Shown piece after piece: positions 49,101-56,352 of a stretch of 64,000 nt of DNA. The notes under the pieces were generated by a model, which was not told the DNA's origin, did no database searches, and saw nothing but the letters and a program-made list of their open reading frames with translations. Positions within the stretch are counted from its first letter, which is position 1. Every line of letters begins with the position of its first letter. Source of the stretch: a virus (lineage: Duplodnaviria > Heunggongvirae > Uroviricota > Caudoviricetes); IMG/VR virus record IMGVR_UViG_3300029610_000240. One strand, 5' to 3'. Made by a program: the position numbers and the translations under genes.

Positions 49101-50065
49101 ATCTGAACCGATTATTCTTAGAAAATATCAGCAGAGATGGACAGATTGCATGGGAAAGTGGTCCATATGGGTCAATTCAGACGGTTCGAAAAGAATATGC
49201 TCAAAACCATATTGCTGTTACAAAAAGAGTCGTGGAAGTAAAAGGCGGCTTATTTAAGCAGATGCCATTAAAAAAAGGACATGGCGAATATCCATTAAAA
49301 ACCAATGATCCTAGATTTGGCAATATCGCACAGTATGGAGGGTATACGAATGTCACAGGTTCCTATTTTGTATTAGTAGAATCAATGGAGAAAGGGAAAA
49401 AACGTATTTCTTTAGAATATGTTCCAGTATATCTTCATGAGCGTTTAGAGGATGATCCTGGACATAAACTGTTAAAAGAATATCTGGTTGATCACAGAAA
49501 ACTTAATCATCCAAAGATTTTACTTGCAAAAGTAAGAAAAAACTCATTACTTAAGATTGACGGTTTTTATTATCGTTTAAATGGTCGAAGTGGAAATGCT
49601 CTTATCCTTACAAATGCAGTGGAATTGATCATGGATGACTGGCAGACAAAAACAGCAAACAAGATTTCTGGATACATGAAACGCAGAGCTATTGATAAGA
49701 AAGCAAGGGTTTATCAAAATGAATTCCATATTCAGGAATTAGAACAGCTTTATGATTTTTATTTAGATAAATTAGAGAATGGTGTTTATAAAAATCGTAA
49801 GAATAATCAGGCTGAATTAATTCACAACGAAAAAGAACAGTTTATGGAACTCAAGACAGAAGATCAGTGTGTATTATTGACTGAGATTAAAAAGCTTTTT
49901 GTATGTTCTCCAATGCAGGCAGACCTTACATTGATTGGTGGCAGCAAACACACAGGAATGATTGCTATGTCAAGCAATGTTACAAAAGCAGATTTTGCAG
50001 TCATTGCGGAAGATCCTTTAGGACTTAGAAACAAAGTAATTTATTCTCATAAAGGTGAGAAGTAA
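46127..50065 (+). CDS. cas9: Type II Cas9 homolog (1312 aa) with substituted catalytic residues in RuvC-I (Asp to Thr), RuvC-II (Glu to Lys) and HNH (His to Tyr); predicted nuclease-dead
   Basis: N-terminal 'FLGITVSSEQVGWAV' (compare 'IGLDIGTNSVGWAV'), 'TVYHLRKYL', 'DIRLVYLAFSKFMKNRGHFL'. RuvC-II 'KIFFKISREHQ' (compare 'NIVIEMARENQ'). HNH 'NDIDYIYPLSAVNDRSMNNKVL' (compare '[21 protein letters not shown]'). RuvC-III region 'SYGHNHLQAAKDAYI'. RBS 'aaggagg' before GTG 46127. Confidence 0.9.
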   Translation: MQNGFLGITVSSEQVGWAVTNPKYELERASRKDLWGVRLFDKAETAEDRRMFRTNRRLNQRKKNRIHYLRDIFHEEVNQKDPNFFQQLDESNFCEDDRTVEFNFDTNLYKNQFPTVYHLRKYLMETKDKPDIRLVYLAFSKFMKNRGHFLYKGNLGEVMDFENSMKGFCESLEKFNIDFPTLSDEQVKEVRDILCDHKIAKTVKKKNIITITKVKSKTAKAWIGLFCGCSVPVKVLFQDIDEEIVTDPEKISFEDASYDDCIANIEKGVGIYYEAIVSAKMLFDWSILNEILGDHQLLSDAMIAEYNKHHDDLKRLQKIIKGTGSRELYQDIFINDVSGNYVCYVGHAKTMSSADQKQFYTFLKNRLKNVNGISSEDAEWIDTEIKNGTLLPKQTKRDNSVIPHQLQLREFELILDNMQEMYPFLKENREKLLKIFNFVIPYYVGPLKGVVRKGESTNWMVPKKDGVIHPWNFDEMVDKEASAECFISRMTGNCSYLFNEKVLPKNSLLYETFEVLNELNPLKINGEPISVELKQRIYEQLFLTGKKVTKKSLTKYLIKNGYDKDIELSGIDNEFHSNLKSHIDFEDYDNLSDEEVEQIILRITVFEDKQLLKDYLNREFVKLSEDERKQICSLSYKGWGNLSEMLLNGITVTDSNGVEVSVMDMLWNTNLNLMQILSKKYGYKAEIEHYNKEHEKTIYNREDLMDYLNIPPAQRRKVNQLITIVKSLKKTYGVPNKIFFKISREHQDDPKRTSSRKEQLKYLYKSLKSEDEKHLMKELDELNDHELSNDKVYLYFLQKGRCIYSGKKLNLSRLRKSNYQNDIDYIYPLSAVNDRSMNNKVLTGIQENRADKYTYFPVDSEIQKKMKGFWMELVLQGFMTKEKYFRLSRENDFSKSELVSFIEREISDNQQSGRMIASVLQYYFPESKIVFVKEKLISSFKRDFHLISSYGHNHLQAAKDAYITIVVGNVYHTKFTMDPAIYFKNHKRKDYDLNRLFLENISRDGQIAWESGPYGSIQTVRKEYAQNHIAVTKRVVEVKGGLFKQMPLKKGHGEYPLKTNDPRFGNIAQYGGYTNVTGSYFVLVESMEKGKKRISLEYVPVYLHERLEDDPGHKLLKEYLVDHRKLNHPKILLAKVRKNSLLKIDGFYYRLNGRSGNALILTNAVELIMDDWQTKTANKISGYMKRRAIDKKARVYQNEFHIQELEQLYDFYLDKLENGVYKNRKNNQAELIHNEKEQFMELKTEDQCVLLTEIKKLFVCSPMQADLTLIGGSKHTGMIAMSSNVTKADFAVIAEDPLGLRNKVIYSHKGEK

Positions 50066-50106
50066 GTTTTCATATTTGTTCGGAAAATTCATAATCATAT
50101 CGAACG

Positions 50107-50259
50107 GCTTTGGAACTGCGTAGAACATGATATGTCTTATGGCTAAAAGAATTACAGGTGCATATTTTGAACTGTGTAAAACATGGCATATGGGAGAATT
50201 GGCAACGACTGGAACAGAACACAGTTTTGAAACTGTATAAAACATGACATGTCTTATGG
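50107..50259 (+). CRISPR. Mini CRISPR array U1: 3 repeats (consensus GTTTTGAAACTGTATAAAACATGACATGTCTTATGG) and 2 spacers (22 and 29 nt), immediately 3' of cas9
   Basis: Repeats at 50107-50142, 50165-50194 (degenerate) and 50224-50259. Spacers 'ctaaaagaattacaggtgcata' and 'agaattggcaacgactggaacagaacaca'. Confidence 0.7.
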
Positions 50260-50385
50260 TTCAAATTATTTATACAGTACGTGAAAATAAGAAATTATCG
50301 AATAAACTCGTTTAGACGAGAACTGCTAGAGGCAGTAATTGCAGAAAATGTCATGAACCCCAAGCGACTTCGTCGGCCGGGGGTT
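50260..50385 (+). ncRNA. tracrRNA-like module cognate to U1, plus a terminator
   Basis: 'ttcaaattatTTATACAGTacgtgaaaataagaaattatcgaataaactcgtttagacgagaactgctagaggcag'. TATACAGT is an exact complement of the repeat's ACTGTATA. Terminator 'ccccaagcgacttcgtcggccgggggttt'. Confidence 0.7.
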
Positions 50386-50448
50386 TACGCACCAATTTGA
50401 TAATATTTCTAATCATATATTACCTTATATGATTAATGGAGAAAATAG

Positions 50449-50598
50449 ATGTTTCAAGTAAAAAATAAAGAAACTGGGCAAGAATATACCGTATATGCTG
50501 TCGGGGATGAATATCTGACAAAATTTCTGATTTATGAAGATGGACATTGGAAATGGCAGACTATAGATGATTTTGTTCCAGTGATTGTAGATTAAGAA
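50449..50598 (+). CDS. Small protein (49 aa)
   Basis: RBS 'aatggagaaaatagatg'. Protein 'MFQVKNKETGQEYTVYAVGDEYLTKFLIYEDGHWKWQTIDDFVPVIVD'. Confidence 0.35.
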
Positions 50599-50612
50599 AG
50601 CGAGAAATTCAC

Positions 50613-50957
50613 ATGAAGATTACAAGAACGATTAAATTTAAAGAATATATCCTCGGATATTTAGAAAAATTAGAGGTTCATGAAGTTCGACGCATTGAAA
50701 AAGCCGGACGATTAAGCCGTGACATTATCAAAGAGGAATCTGAAAAATGCGGACACAAATTAATGATTCTTGATACGATTGAAAAAGAAAGACGTTATGA
50801 ATGTTCATTAGAAGATTTCTTATCCGTTGCAAGAGAGATTCCACTAAAAAATCAGGAGACTGTTAATACAGAAGAAAAAAATGTTCAGGAAGATAATTCA
50901 GAGGATTCTAAGTCTAAGTTAGGCGATTCTGACTGTGCCCCTTGGATTGAAGATTAA
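50613..50957 (+). CDS. hypothetical protein (114 aa) lying between guide modules U1 and U2
   Basis: ORF with RBS 'aagaaagcgagaaattcacatg'. Confidence 0.45.
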   Translation: MKITRTIKFKEYILGYLEKLEVHEVRRIEKAGRLSRDIIKEESEKCGHKLMILDTIEKERRYECSLEDFLSVAREIPLKNQETVNTEEKNVQEDNSEDSKSKLGDSDCAPWIED

Positions 50958-50958
50958 T

Positions 50959-51117
50959 GTTATTTTGAGAAATGATTGCAAATGTGATCGTAGCGTACCT
51001 TACTTCACAGCTTAGTTTTGGAACTATGTAAAATCAAATGATTGCAAATGGGCAGAGAGAAAATTTGAAAAATTGTCTGTGTTTTGGAACTATGTAAAAT
51101 CAAATGATTGCAAATGG
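50959..51117 (+). CRISPR. Mini CRISPR array U2: degenerate repeat plus 2 perfect 37-nt repeats 'GTTTTGGAACTATGTAAAATCAAATGATTGCAAATGG', with 2 spacers (28 and 29 nt)
   Basis: Repeats at 50959-50986 (3' half only), 51015-51051 and 51081-51117. Spacers 'atcgtagcgtaccttacttcacagctta' and 'gcagagagaaaatttgaaaaattgtctgt'. Confidence 0.75.
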
Positions 51118-51191
51118 TCAAAGTAATTGCATGGCGTGTAAAAATAAGAATTTATCGAAATAATTTGCTCCGGCGAAATCTGCAAGATGCA
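51118..51191 (+). ncRNA. tracrRNA-like module cognate to U2
   Basis: 'tcaaagtaattgCATGGcgtgtaaaaataagaatttatcgaaataatttgctccggcgaaatCTGCAagaTGCAG'. Confidence 0.65.
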
Positions 51192-51285
51192 GAAATCAAG
51201 CTGATCGATGCTTTACATATTTATCTATTTCAATATTTCTTCAACCATATACATTGATCAGCTTTAATAAAAAGAATTAAAATTA

Positions 51286-51446
51286 CGAAAATAAAATTGA
51301 ATGATTCCAATGGATAGTCGAAAAAGAATTGGATAGTCGACGGGTTTTAGAATAGTGTAAAATTGAATGATTCTAAGGGTTAGATACTCCACTAGATAGC
51401 AAAGTACTTGTTTTAGAATAGTGTAAAATTAAATGATTCTAAGGGG
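51286..51446 (+). CRISPR. Mini CRISPR array U3: degenerate repeat plus 2 repeats 'GTTTTAGAATAGTGTAAAATTGAATGATTCTAAGGG(G)', with 2 spacers (30-31 nt)
   Basis: Repeats at 51286-51313 (3' half), 51344-51379 and 51410-51446. Spacers 'atagtcgaaaaagaattggatagtcgacgg' and 'ttagatactccactagatagcaaagtactt'. Confidence 0.75.
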
Positions 51447-51527
51447 TCAAATAGATTCTATACAATGCGTGAAAATAAGAAACTTATCGAACAAACCTGT
51501 GTAGGAAACAGGAACTGCCGAGGGCAG
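51447..51527 (+). ncRNA. tracrRNA-like module cognate to U3
   Basis: 'tcaaatagATTCTAtacaatgcgtgaaaataagaaacttatcgaacaaaCCTGTgtaggaaACAGGaaCTGCCgagGGCAG'. ATTCTA pairs with the repeat's TAGAAT. Confidence 0.65.
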
Positions 51528-51575
51528 TAAAAATAAAAAGCATATTTTTATTATGTTTTATTTTATGATGAAGAG

Positions 51576-51794
51576 GTGGATGATGGTTCTATCTCTGTTT
51601 TTGAGAAAATGGATGCATTGCAAAATGCAACAATCTTAGAAGTACAAATACATATTGATGACTTAAAAGATAAATTGGAAGAAGTAAAATTTACTCTTAA
51701 AATATCAGGTTTGTATTTGAAGAAGATAATTTTATGGATTCTTATTATAAATCTTATACGTTACCGATTGTATATCACAAAAACTATTTATTAA
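51576..51794 (+). CDS. Small hypothetical protein (72 aa)
   Basis: ORF track only; weak. Confidence 0.25.
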   Translation: MDDGSISVFEKMDALQNATILEVQIHIDDLKDKLEEVKFTLKISGLYLKKIILWILIINLIRYRLYITKTIY

Positions 51795-51823
51795 GTATTA
51801 ACAATGATAAGGAATAACAATAA

Positions 51824-53755
51824 ATGGAAATAGATTACAGAAAAGAATTAAATAAGAGTCAATATGAAGCTGTTACAACGACAGAAGGACCAGTCCTAAT
51901 CCTTGCCGGTGCCGGAACTGGCAAAACTCGTTGTATGGTATATCGTGTGGCATATCTGATTGAAAAAGGCGTGTCACCCAATAATATCTTATTATTGACC
52001 TTTACAAATAAAGCAGCAAATGAAATGAAGCAAAGGGCAGCAGATATGCTTGATGAACGATGTAGTCAAATTACTGCATGTACATATCATTCATTCTGTG
52101 CAAAGATGCTTCGCAAATATTCACAACTGATTGGAATTCAATCAGATTATACAATTATTGATCCGGGAGATTGTGCAGATATCATATCGATCATCGAAAC
52201 AGAACACGGTATGGATAAAGTAAAAGATTTTCCAAGATCATCTCAACTGGTATCAGCACATAGCAAAGCCTTAAATACGAATCAGTCATTAGAGGATACT
52301 TTGTTTGATATGCTCGGTAAATGGAAGTATATGGAAATCGAAAGATTCATTCCAGATATAAAGAAAATCTTAGCGGATTATCAATCATACAAAAAACAAA
52401 ACAACATGATGGATTATGATGATTTGCTAATCAATTTTATATCTGTATTGAAAAGAAACCCTTCTATAAAGAATAAATTAGCTGATATTTATCAGTATAT
52501 TATGATCGACGAATATCAGGATTCTAATTATTTACAGGAAAAGATTATTTTTATGTTACGTGAAAAGAATCGTAACTTAGCAGTGGTAGGTGATGATTAC
52601 CAATGCATCTATGGATTTAGAGGAAGTATGGTAGAAAATATCATTAATTTTCCACAAAAGATGTCCGGATGTAAAGTTGTTTACTTAACACAGAATTATC
52701 GCAGCAATCAAGAGATCATGGATTTATCCAATATTGTTATGAAAAAACATTCACTGGAAGGTTTTTTTAAAAAGCTTGTCGCAACTCATGTGGCCAATAT
52801 TCAGCCATTGCTAGTTCGATCAGAGGACGAGGGCGAAGAAGCTTCTTATATTTTAAATAAGATTATGGCATTACATGATGAAGAAGAGATTCCGTATCAT
52901 GAAATTTGTGTTCTTGAAAGAAGTTCTTATCATTCTGTAAGACTAGAAGCACTTTTAAATAAAATGAAAATCCCATATGACAAATATGGTGGAATGAAGT
53001 TTTTTGATTATGATCATATCAAAAACTTCTTATGCTTTTTGCGATGTCAGATAAATCCACATGATGAAATTGCGTGGTTTCGACTATTAAAGTTATTTGA
53101 TGGTATTGGAAATGTTTATGCCAGAAATATCGCAGCAACATGTAAAACTCTTGGATTAGAGGGACTTGTTCAACACAAATACATAAAAAGAAAATTTCAG
53201 CCGGATCTTGAAAATTTAAAGAGTTTTATTGAAAAGCTTAATGATCAAGATTTTCAGATCGAATTGCAAAGCATTAAATCATTTTATTCACGTTTAATGG
53301 ACATTACATTAATGCTGATGAAAACATCGGAGAAGAAACGTAGGGAGCTTGCTAGAGCAAATAAACAAGCGGTCCGCGATTTTGATACACTGATTGAAAT
53401 GGCAGATGGATATGATTCTCCAGTGACATTTCTGGAAGAAATAATGCTTGAAGCCAGTCCTCAGAAAGAGGAAGAGGAAGATCGAATGGTTATATCTACA
53501 ATTCATTCCGCAAAAGGCTTAGAGTTTCACTCTGTTTTTGTTATGAACTGCGTAGATACAATGTTTCCATCTACAGATAAAGATCAGATTGGAACAGTAG
53601 AAGATAACGAAGAGTTGAGATGCTTCTATGTGGCAATAACACGGGCAAAAGAACGATTATTTTTAATGGCACCGAAATATATAGCCAAATTTGGATGTGT
53701 TGAAGAGGGAATTATCTCCCATTTTATTAGTGATGTTTTTCAAGTAAAGGAGTAA
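51824..53755 (+). CDS. UvrD/PcrA/Rep-family superfamily-1 DNA helicase
   Basis: Walker A 'ILAGAGTGKT'. Motif IV 'QNYRSNQEI'. Motif VI 'VISTIHSAKGLEFHSVFVM'. 'VGDDYQCIYGFRG' is motif III-like. Confidence 0.85.
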   Translation: MEIDYRKELNKSQYEAVTTTEGPVLILAGAGTGKTRCMVYRVAYLIEKGVSPNNILLLTFTNKAANEMKQRAADMLDERCSQITACTYHSFCAKMLRKYSQLIGIQSDYTIIDPGDCADIISIIETEHGMDKVKDFPRSSQLVSAHSKALNTNQSLEDTLFDMLGKWKYMEIERFIPDIKKILADYQSYKKQNNMMDYDDLLINFISVLKRNPSIKNKLADIYQYIMIDEYQDSNYLQEKIIFMLREKNRNLAVVGDDYQCIYGFRGSMVENIINFPQKMSGCKVVYLTQNYRSNQEIMDLSNIVMKKHSLEGFFKKLVATHVANIQPLLVRSEDEGEEASYILNKIMALHDEEEIPYHEICVLERSSYHSVRLEALLNKMKIPYDKYGGMKFFDYDHIKNFLCFLRCQINPHDEIAWFRLLKLFDGIGNVYARNIAATCKTLGLEGLVQHKYIKRKFQPDLENLKSFIEKLNDQDFQIELQSIKSFYSRLMDITLMLMKTSEKKRRELARANKQAVRDFDTLIEMADGYDSPVTFLEEIMLEASPQKEEEEDRMVISTIHSAKGLEFHSVFVMNCVDTMFPSTDKDQIGTVEDNEELRCFYVAITRAKERLFLMAPKYIAKFGCVEEGIISHFISDVFQVKE

Positions 53756-53789
53756 TTTATAGTGAAATGCTTAAATTATGTTGTCAATG

Positions 53790-53965
53790 TGGATTTGAAT
53801 CCATGTAAAAATGTAAAGCAAATGATTCCAAATGGCAATCTTCTCGAATTGTCGTGTAGGCAAAGTTTTGAAACCATGTAAAAAAATGATTCCAAATGGG
53901 TATGCATTGGTGTTTGAAGCGTTTGTGTGTTTTGGAACCATGTAAAAGCAAATGATTCCAAATGG
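53790..53965 (+). CRISPR. Mini CRISPR array U4: 3 repeats (consensus GTTTTGGAACCATGTAAAAGCAAATGATTCCAAATGG; first degenerate) and 2 spacers of 29 nt
   Basis: Repeats at about 53790-53835, 53865-53899 and 53929-53965. Spacers 'caatcttctcgaattgtcgtgtaggcaaa' and 'gtatgcattggtgtttgaagcgtttgtgt'. Confidence 0.75.
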
Positions 53966-54043
53966 TTAAAAGCAGATTACATGGTGTGTCAAAATAAGAA
54001 CTTATCGAATAGATCTATATAAATGGAATCTGCCAGGTGGCAG
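53966..54043 (+). ncRNA. tracrRNA-like module cognate to U4
   Basis: 'ttaaaagcagattaCATGGtgtgtcaaaataagaacttatcgaatagatctatataaatggaatCTGCCaggtGGCAG'. CATGG pairs with the repeat's CCATG. Confidence 0.65.
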
Positions 54044-54051
54044 AAAAAAAC

Positions 54052-54128
54052 TGAAAAAGCTGATCAATAATAACTGTTGTTACCATAATATTAATTTATG
54101 TTTTTGTATTTTGTCTATTGATCAGCTT
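54052..54128 (+). terminator. Long-stem terminator after module U4 (16-bp inverted repeat 'aaaaagctgatcaata ... tattgatcagcttttt')
   Basis: Inverted repeat at 54052-54067 and 54113-54128, followed by a T-run, directly upstream of the next gene. Confidence 0.5.
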
Positions 54129-54133
54129 TTTGC

Positions 54134-55411
54134 ATGAAAATGAAAGTTATAAATATGGCAATGAAGAAAGTCGGTGATGATAAATTGAGAAGAAAAGTAG
54201 TCAGTTTTTTACTTGTTACACTTATGATGGCAACGATCACTCCTGTACATGCAGATGAGGTGTCAGAACCAACAACTGCTGCGACAGAAGTTACAACAAC
54301 AGAAACGAAGCCGACTACGACAGAAAAAAAAGAAACAACTCATCATAAGGAAAAAACAGTAAAAAAAGATAAGAAAACAAAAAAGAAAAATACTAAAAAA
54401 GATGGGAAAAAGAAAAGTAAACAAAAAGAAAAATCTAAAAAAAAGGAAAACAAAAAATCAACAATTCCGATGCCTAAACGGGCTGTAAAGAAAAAAGGTT
54501 GTGATACTGTACAAAAGAAGATTGTAAAAATGCAATCAAAGATTAAAAAGTTGCAGAAAGAACAAAAAAATATCCGAAAAGAGATCAAAAAAGAAAATAA
54601 TAAAAAAGAAGCACTGCAGCGATTTTATCAGCAATATCCTACAGAGCGTGAAGCAACTATGAAACTGCGAGGACAAAAGATTACACCTCTTACTAAGATT
54701 TCAGAGGAAGACGATGCATTAAGAAATAGATTATTCAGTTTAGCTAATACATTTCATGACGATCAACTACGTAAAATTGCCTCTGAGTACGTCTTTGGCG
54801 TAAGAGATCTTAATTTTGAAGACCTGTTAAACGAGGATGATACCATTGACCTTAATACATATTTAAAAGGCAAATATATTGCTCCAACGCAGAATATGCA
54901 GATAGGAATTAAAAATAAGGATCAAGAAATTCAAAAATTAAAGAAACAGATCAAAGAGGAAAAGAAAACCAGATTTTTTGATCCGAAAAACGTAAATTCT
55001 ATTAGCAATATTACAGTTGATGATGCTAAAAAGATGTTGTCTGGAACGCAATTATATCCAGAAGCAGAAGCTTTTGTTAAAGCAGAAAGAATTCATCATG
55101 TAAATGCAGTCTTTTTAATGGGAATTGCTGCACATGAAAGTGCCTGGGGAACAAGCCGGCGTGCCAGAGAAGATAATAATTTAACTGGATATGGAGTTTA
55201 CTCAGATAGTGCAAAGGGCATCAATAAGACAAGCAAAGAAGAAGGATTATTAGCCACCGCTGAGACATTGCACGAACGATACTTAACCCCTGGAGGCAGC
55301 TATTACGAAGGAACTTCCGTTGCTGATGTAAATAAACATTATTGTGTCGGAAATGAATGGGCCGGAGCGGTAGTTGGTTATGCTTATCAATTAATGAATA
55401 AACTAAATTAG
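54134..55411 (+). CDS. Secreted GH73 N-acetylglucosaminidase-like cell-wall hydrolase with an N-terminal K-rich, low-complexity region
   Basis: Signal 'VVSFLLVTLMMATITPVHA'. The glucosaminidase signature 'GIAAHESAWGTSRRAREDNNLTGYG' matches the FlgJ/AcmA 'ESGWG...NNxFG' motif. Confidence 0.7.
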   Translation: MKMKVINMAMKKVGDDKLRRKVVSFLLVTLMMATITPVHADEVSEPTTAATEVTTTETKPTTTEKKETTHHKEKTVKKDKKTKKKNTKKDGKKKSKQKEKSKKKENKKSTIPMPKRAVKKKGCDTVQKKIVKMQSKIKKLQKEQKNIRKEIKKENNKKEALQRFYQQYPTEREATMKLRGQKITPLTKISEEDDALRNRLFSLANTFHDDQLRKIASEYVFGVRDLNFEDLLNEDDTIDLNTYLKGKYIAPTQNMQIGIKNKDQEIQKLKKQIKEEKKTRFFDPKNVNSISNITVDDAKKMLSGTQLYPEAEAFVKAERIHHVNAVFLMGIAAHESAWGTSRRAREDNNLTGYGVYSDSAKGINKTSKEEGLLATAETLHERYLTPGGSYYEGTSVADVNKHYCVGNEWAGAVVGYAYQLMNKLN

Positions 55412-55537
55412 ATATCATCAAAGAGGTTTTGGTTAACTAAAGGTTGATTATCGGTATATCATTGTTCGGTGTCTGTAGACAGCATTTTTTCAAATCTATA
55501 GTTGTTATAAAATAAGAGACACTTTCATGTATAGTGG

Positions 55538-55594
55538 AGTTTAGTTTCAGAAGTTTATAAAAACAGATAACTATTAATGATTATCTGTTTCATG
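55538..55594 (+). repeat. Single extended CRISPR-like repeat of module U5 (related to the U6 repeat, carrying an internal palindrome AACAGATAA/TTATCTGTT)
   Basis: 'gtttagtttcagaagtttataaaaacagataactattaatgattatctgtttcatgg' against the U6 repeat 'gctttagaagtctataaaacagaatcattgtcaatgg'. Confidence 0.45.
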
Positions 55595-55658
55595 GATTGT
55601 GTAAAAATAAGCAAATTAGCGAATATGCTCGTTGAAACGAGAGCTGTTAGATAACAGC
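55595..55658 (+). ncRNA. tracrRNA-like module U5; the second hairpin is a variant (GCTGTTAGATAACAGC)
   Basis: 'attgtgtaaaaataagcaaattagcgaatatGCTCGttgaaaCGAGaGCTGTtagatAACAGC'. Confidence 0.5.
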
Positions 55659-55710
55659 TAAAAATGTAACTATATAAATTAATTTGTAAATTATAGGGAG
55701 GACTATTTTA

Positions 55711-55869
55711 GTGAAACACGGTAAAGTTCCAACAAGAAATCAAAAAGAACTTATGTTAAAAAATAATCTTAATCCGAAAGAATGGCTGGTTGTAAAGAAA
55801 ATGGCGGATGGATTTGAGATTGTTAATAGAGAAAATGAAGCAGATCGTAAATTTCTGTATTGTTAAGGT
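55711..55869 (+). CDS. Small protein (52 aa, GTG start)
   Basis: RBS 'tagggaggactattttagtg'. Protein 'VKHGKVPTRNQKELMLKNNLNPKEWLVVKKMADGFEIVNRENEADRKFLYC'. Confidence 0.35.
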
Positions 55870-55875
55870 GAAATA

Positions 55876-56091
55876 ATGATGGATATTTACACAAGATTAT
55901 TGATGATGGATATTATGATATCGGCAGTAGCTATTATGGTAAATATCTTAGAAAATTGTCCGATTAACGGTAAAATACACAATATTTCAAGAATTTTAAT
56001 CATATCTAGTATTGCTGCAGACATTATCTTACTTTTAGGAATTGTCAATACGTTCATCTCATACAGTATCCTGTATTCTTATTTTAAATAA
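55876..56091 (+). CDS. Small membrane protein (71 aa, 2 TM)
   Basis: Hydrophobic ORF. Confidence 0.35.
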   Translation: MMDIYTRLLMMDIMISAVAIMVNILENCPINGKIHNISRILIISSIAADIILLLGIVNTFISYSILYSYFK

Positions 56092-56250
56092 GATACAGAA
56101 GAATCATTGTCGATGTTAAACATATTATGTGAAACATTATTGTCAGGCTTTAGAAGTCTATAAAACAGAATCATTGTCAATGAGATCAAATTCTTTATGA
56201 CAACGCAATACAGCTTTAGAAGTCTATAAAACAGAATCATTGTCAATGGT
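56091..56250 (+). CRISPR. Mini CRISPR array U6: degenerate repeat plus 2 repeats 'GCTTTAGAAGTCTATAAAACAGAATCATTGTCAATGG', with 2 spacers of 30 nt
   Basis: Repeats at 56091-56116 (3' half), 56147-56183 and 56214-56250. Spacers 'ttaaacatattatgtgaaacattattgtca' and 'agatcaaattctttatgacaacgcaataca'. Confidence 0.75.
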
Positions 56251-56325
56251 CAAATAAGCAGACTGCGTAAAAATAAGAATTTTATCGATATTGCTCGTGT
56301 AGTCGAGAACTGCCAAGTGGCAGCA
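56251..56325 (+). ncRNA. tracrRNA-like module cognate to U6
   Basis: 'tcaaataagcAGACTgcgtaaaaataagaattttatcgatattGCTCGtgtagtCGAGaaCTGCCaagtGGCAG'. AGACT pairs with the repeat's AGTCT. Confidence 0.65.
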
Positions 56326-56352
56326 ACATTTATAATAAAAAGGAGGAATTAT

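Noticed and set aside
50066-50106. Segment between the cas9 stop and the first U1 repeat ('gttttcatatttgttcggaaaattcataatcatatcgaacg') as an additional degenerate repeat or leader
   Set aside because: It starts with GTTTT but has no further similarity to the U1 repeat. It is more likely a leader or promoter region. Left unannotated.
53836-53864. U4 spacer 1 ('caatcttctcgaattgtcgtgtaggcaaa') partially matches the integrase gene at 57966-57990 ('caatcttttcgaatcgatgtctat'), 14/15 at the 5' end and about 18/23 overall
   Set aside because: The similarity is confined to the PAM-distal 5' end of the spacer. The seed-proximal 3' third does not match. With AT-rich sequence and about a dozen spacers this is within chance expectation. 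It should be re-checked computationally before reading anything into it.
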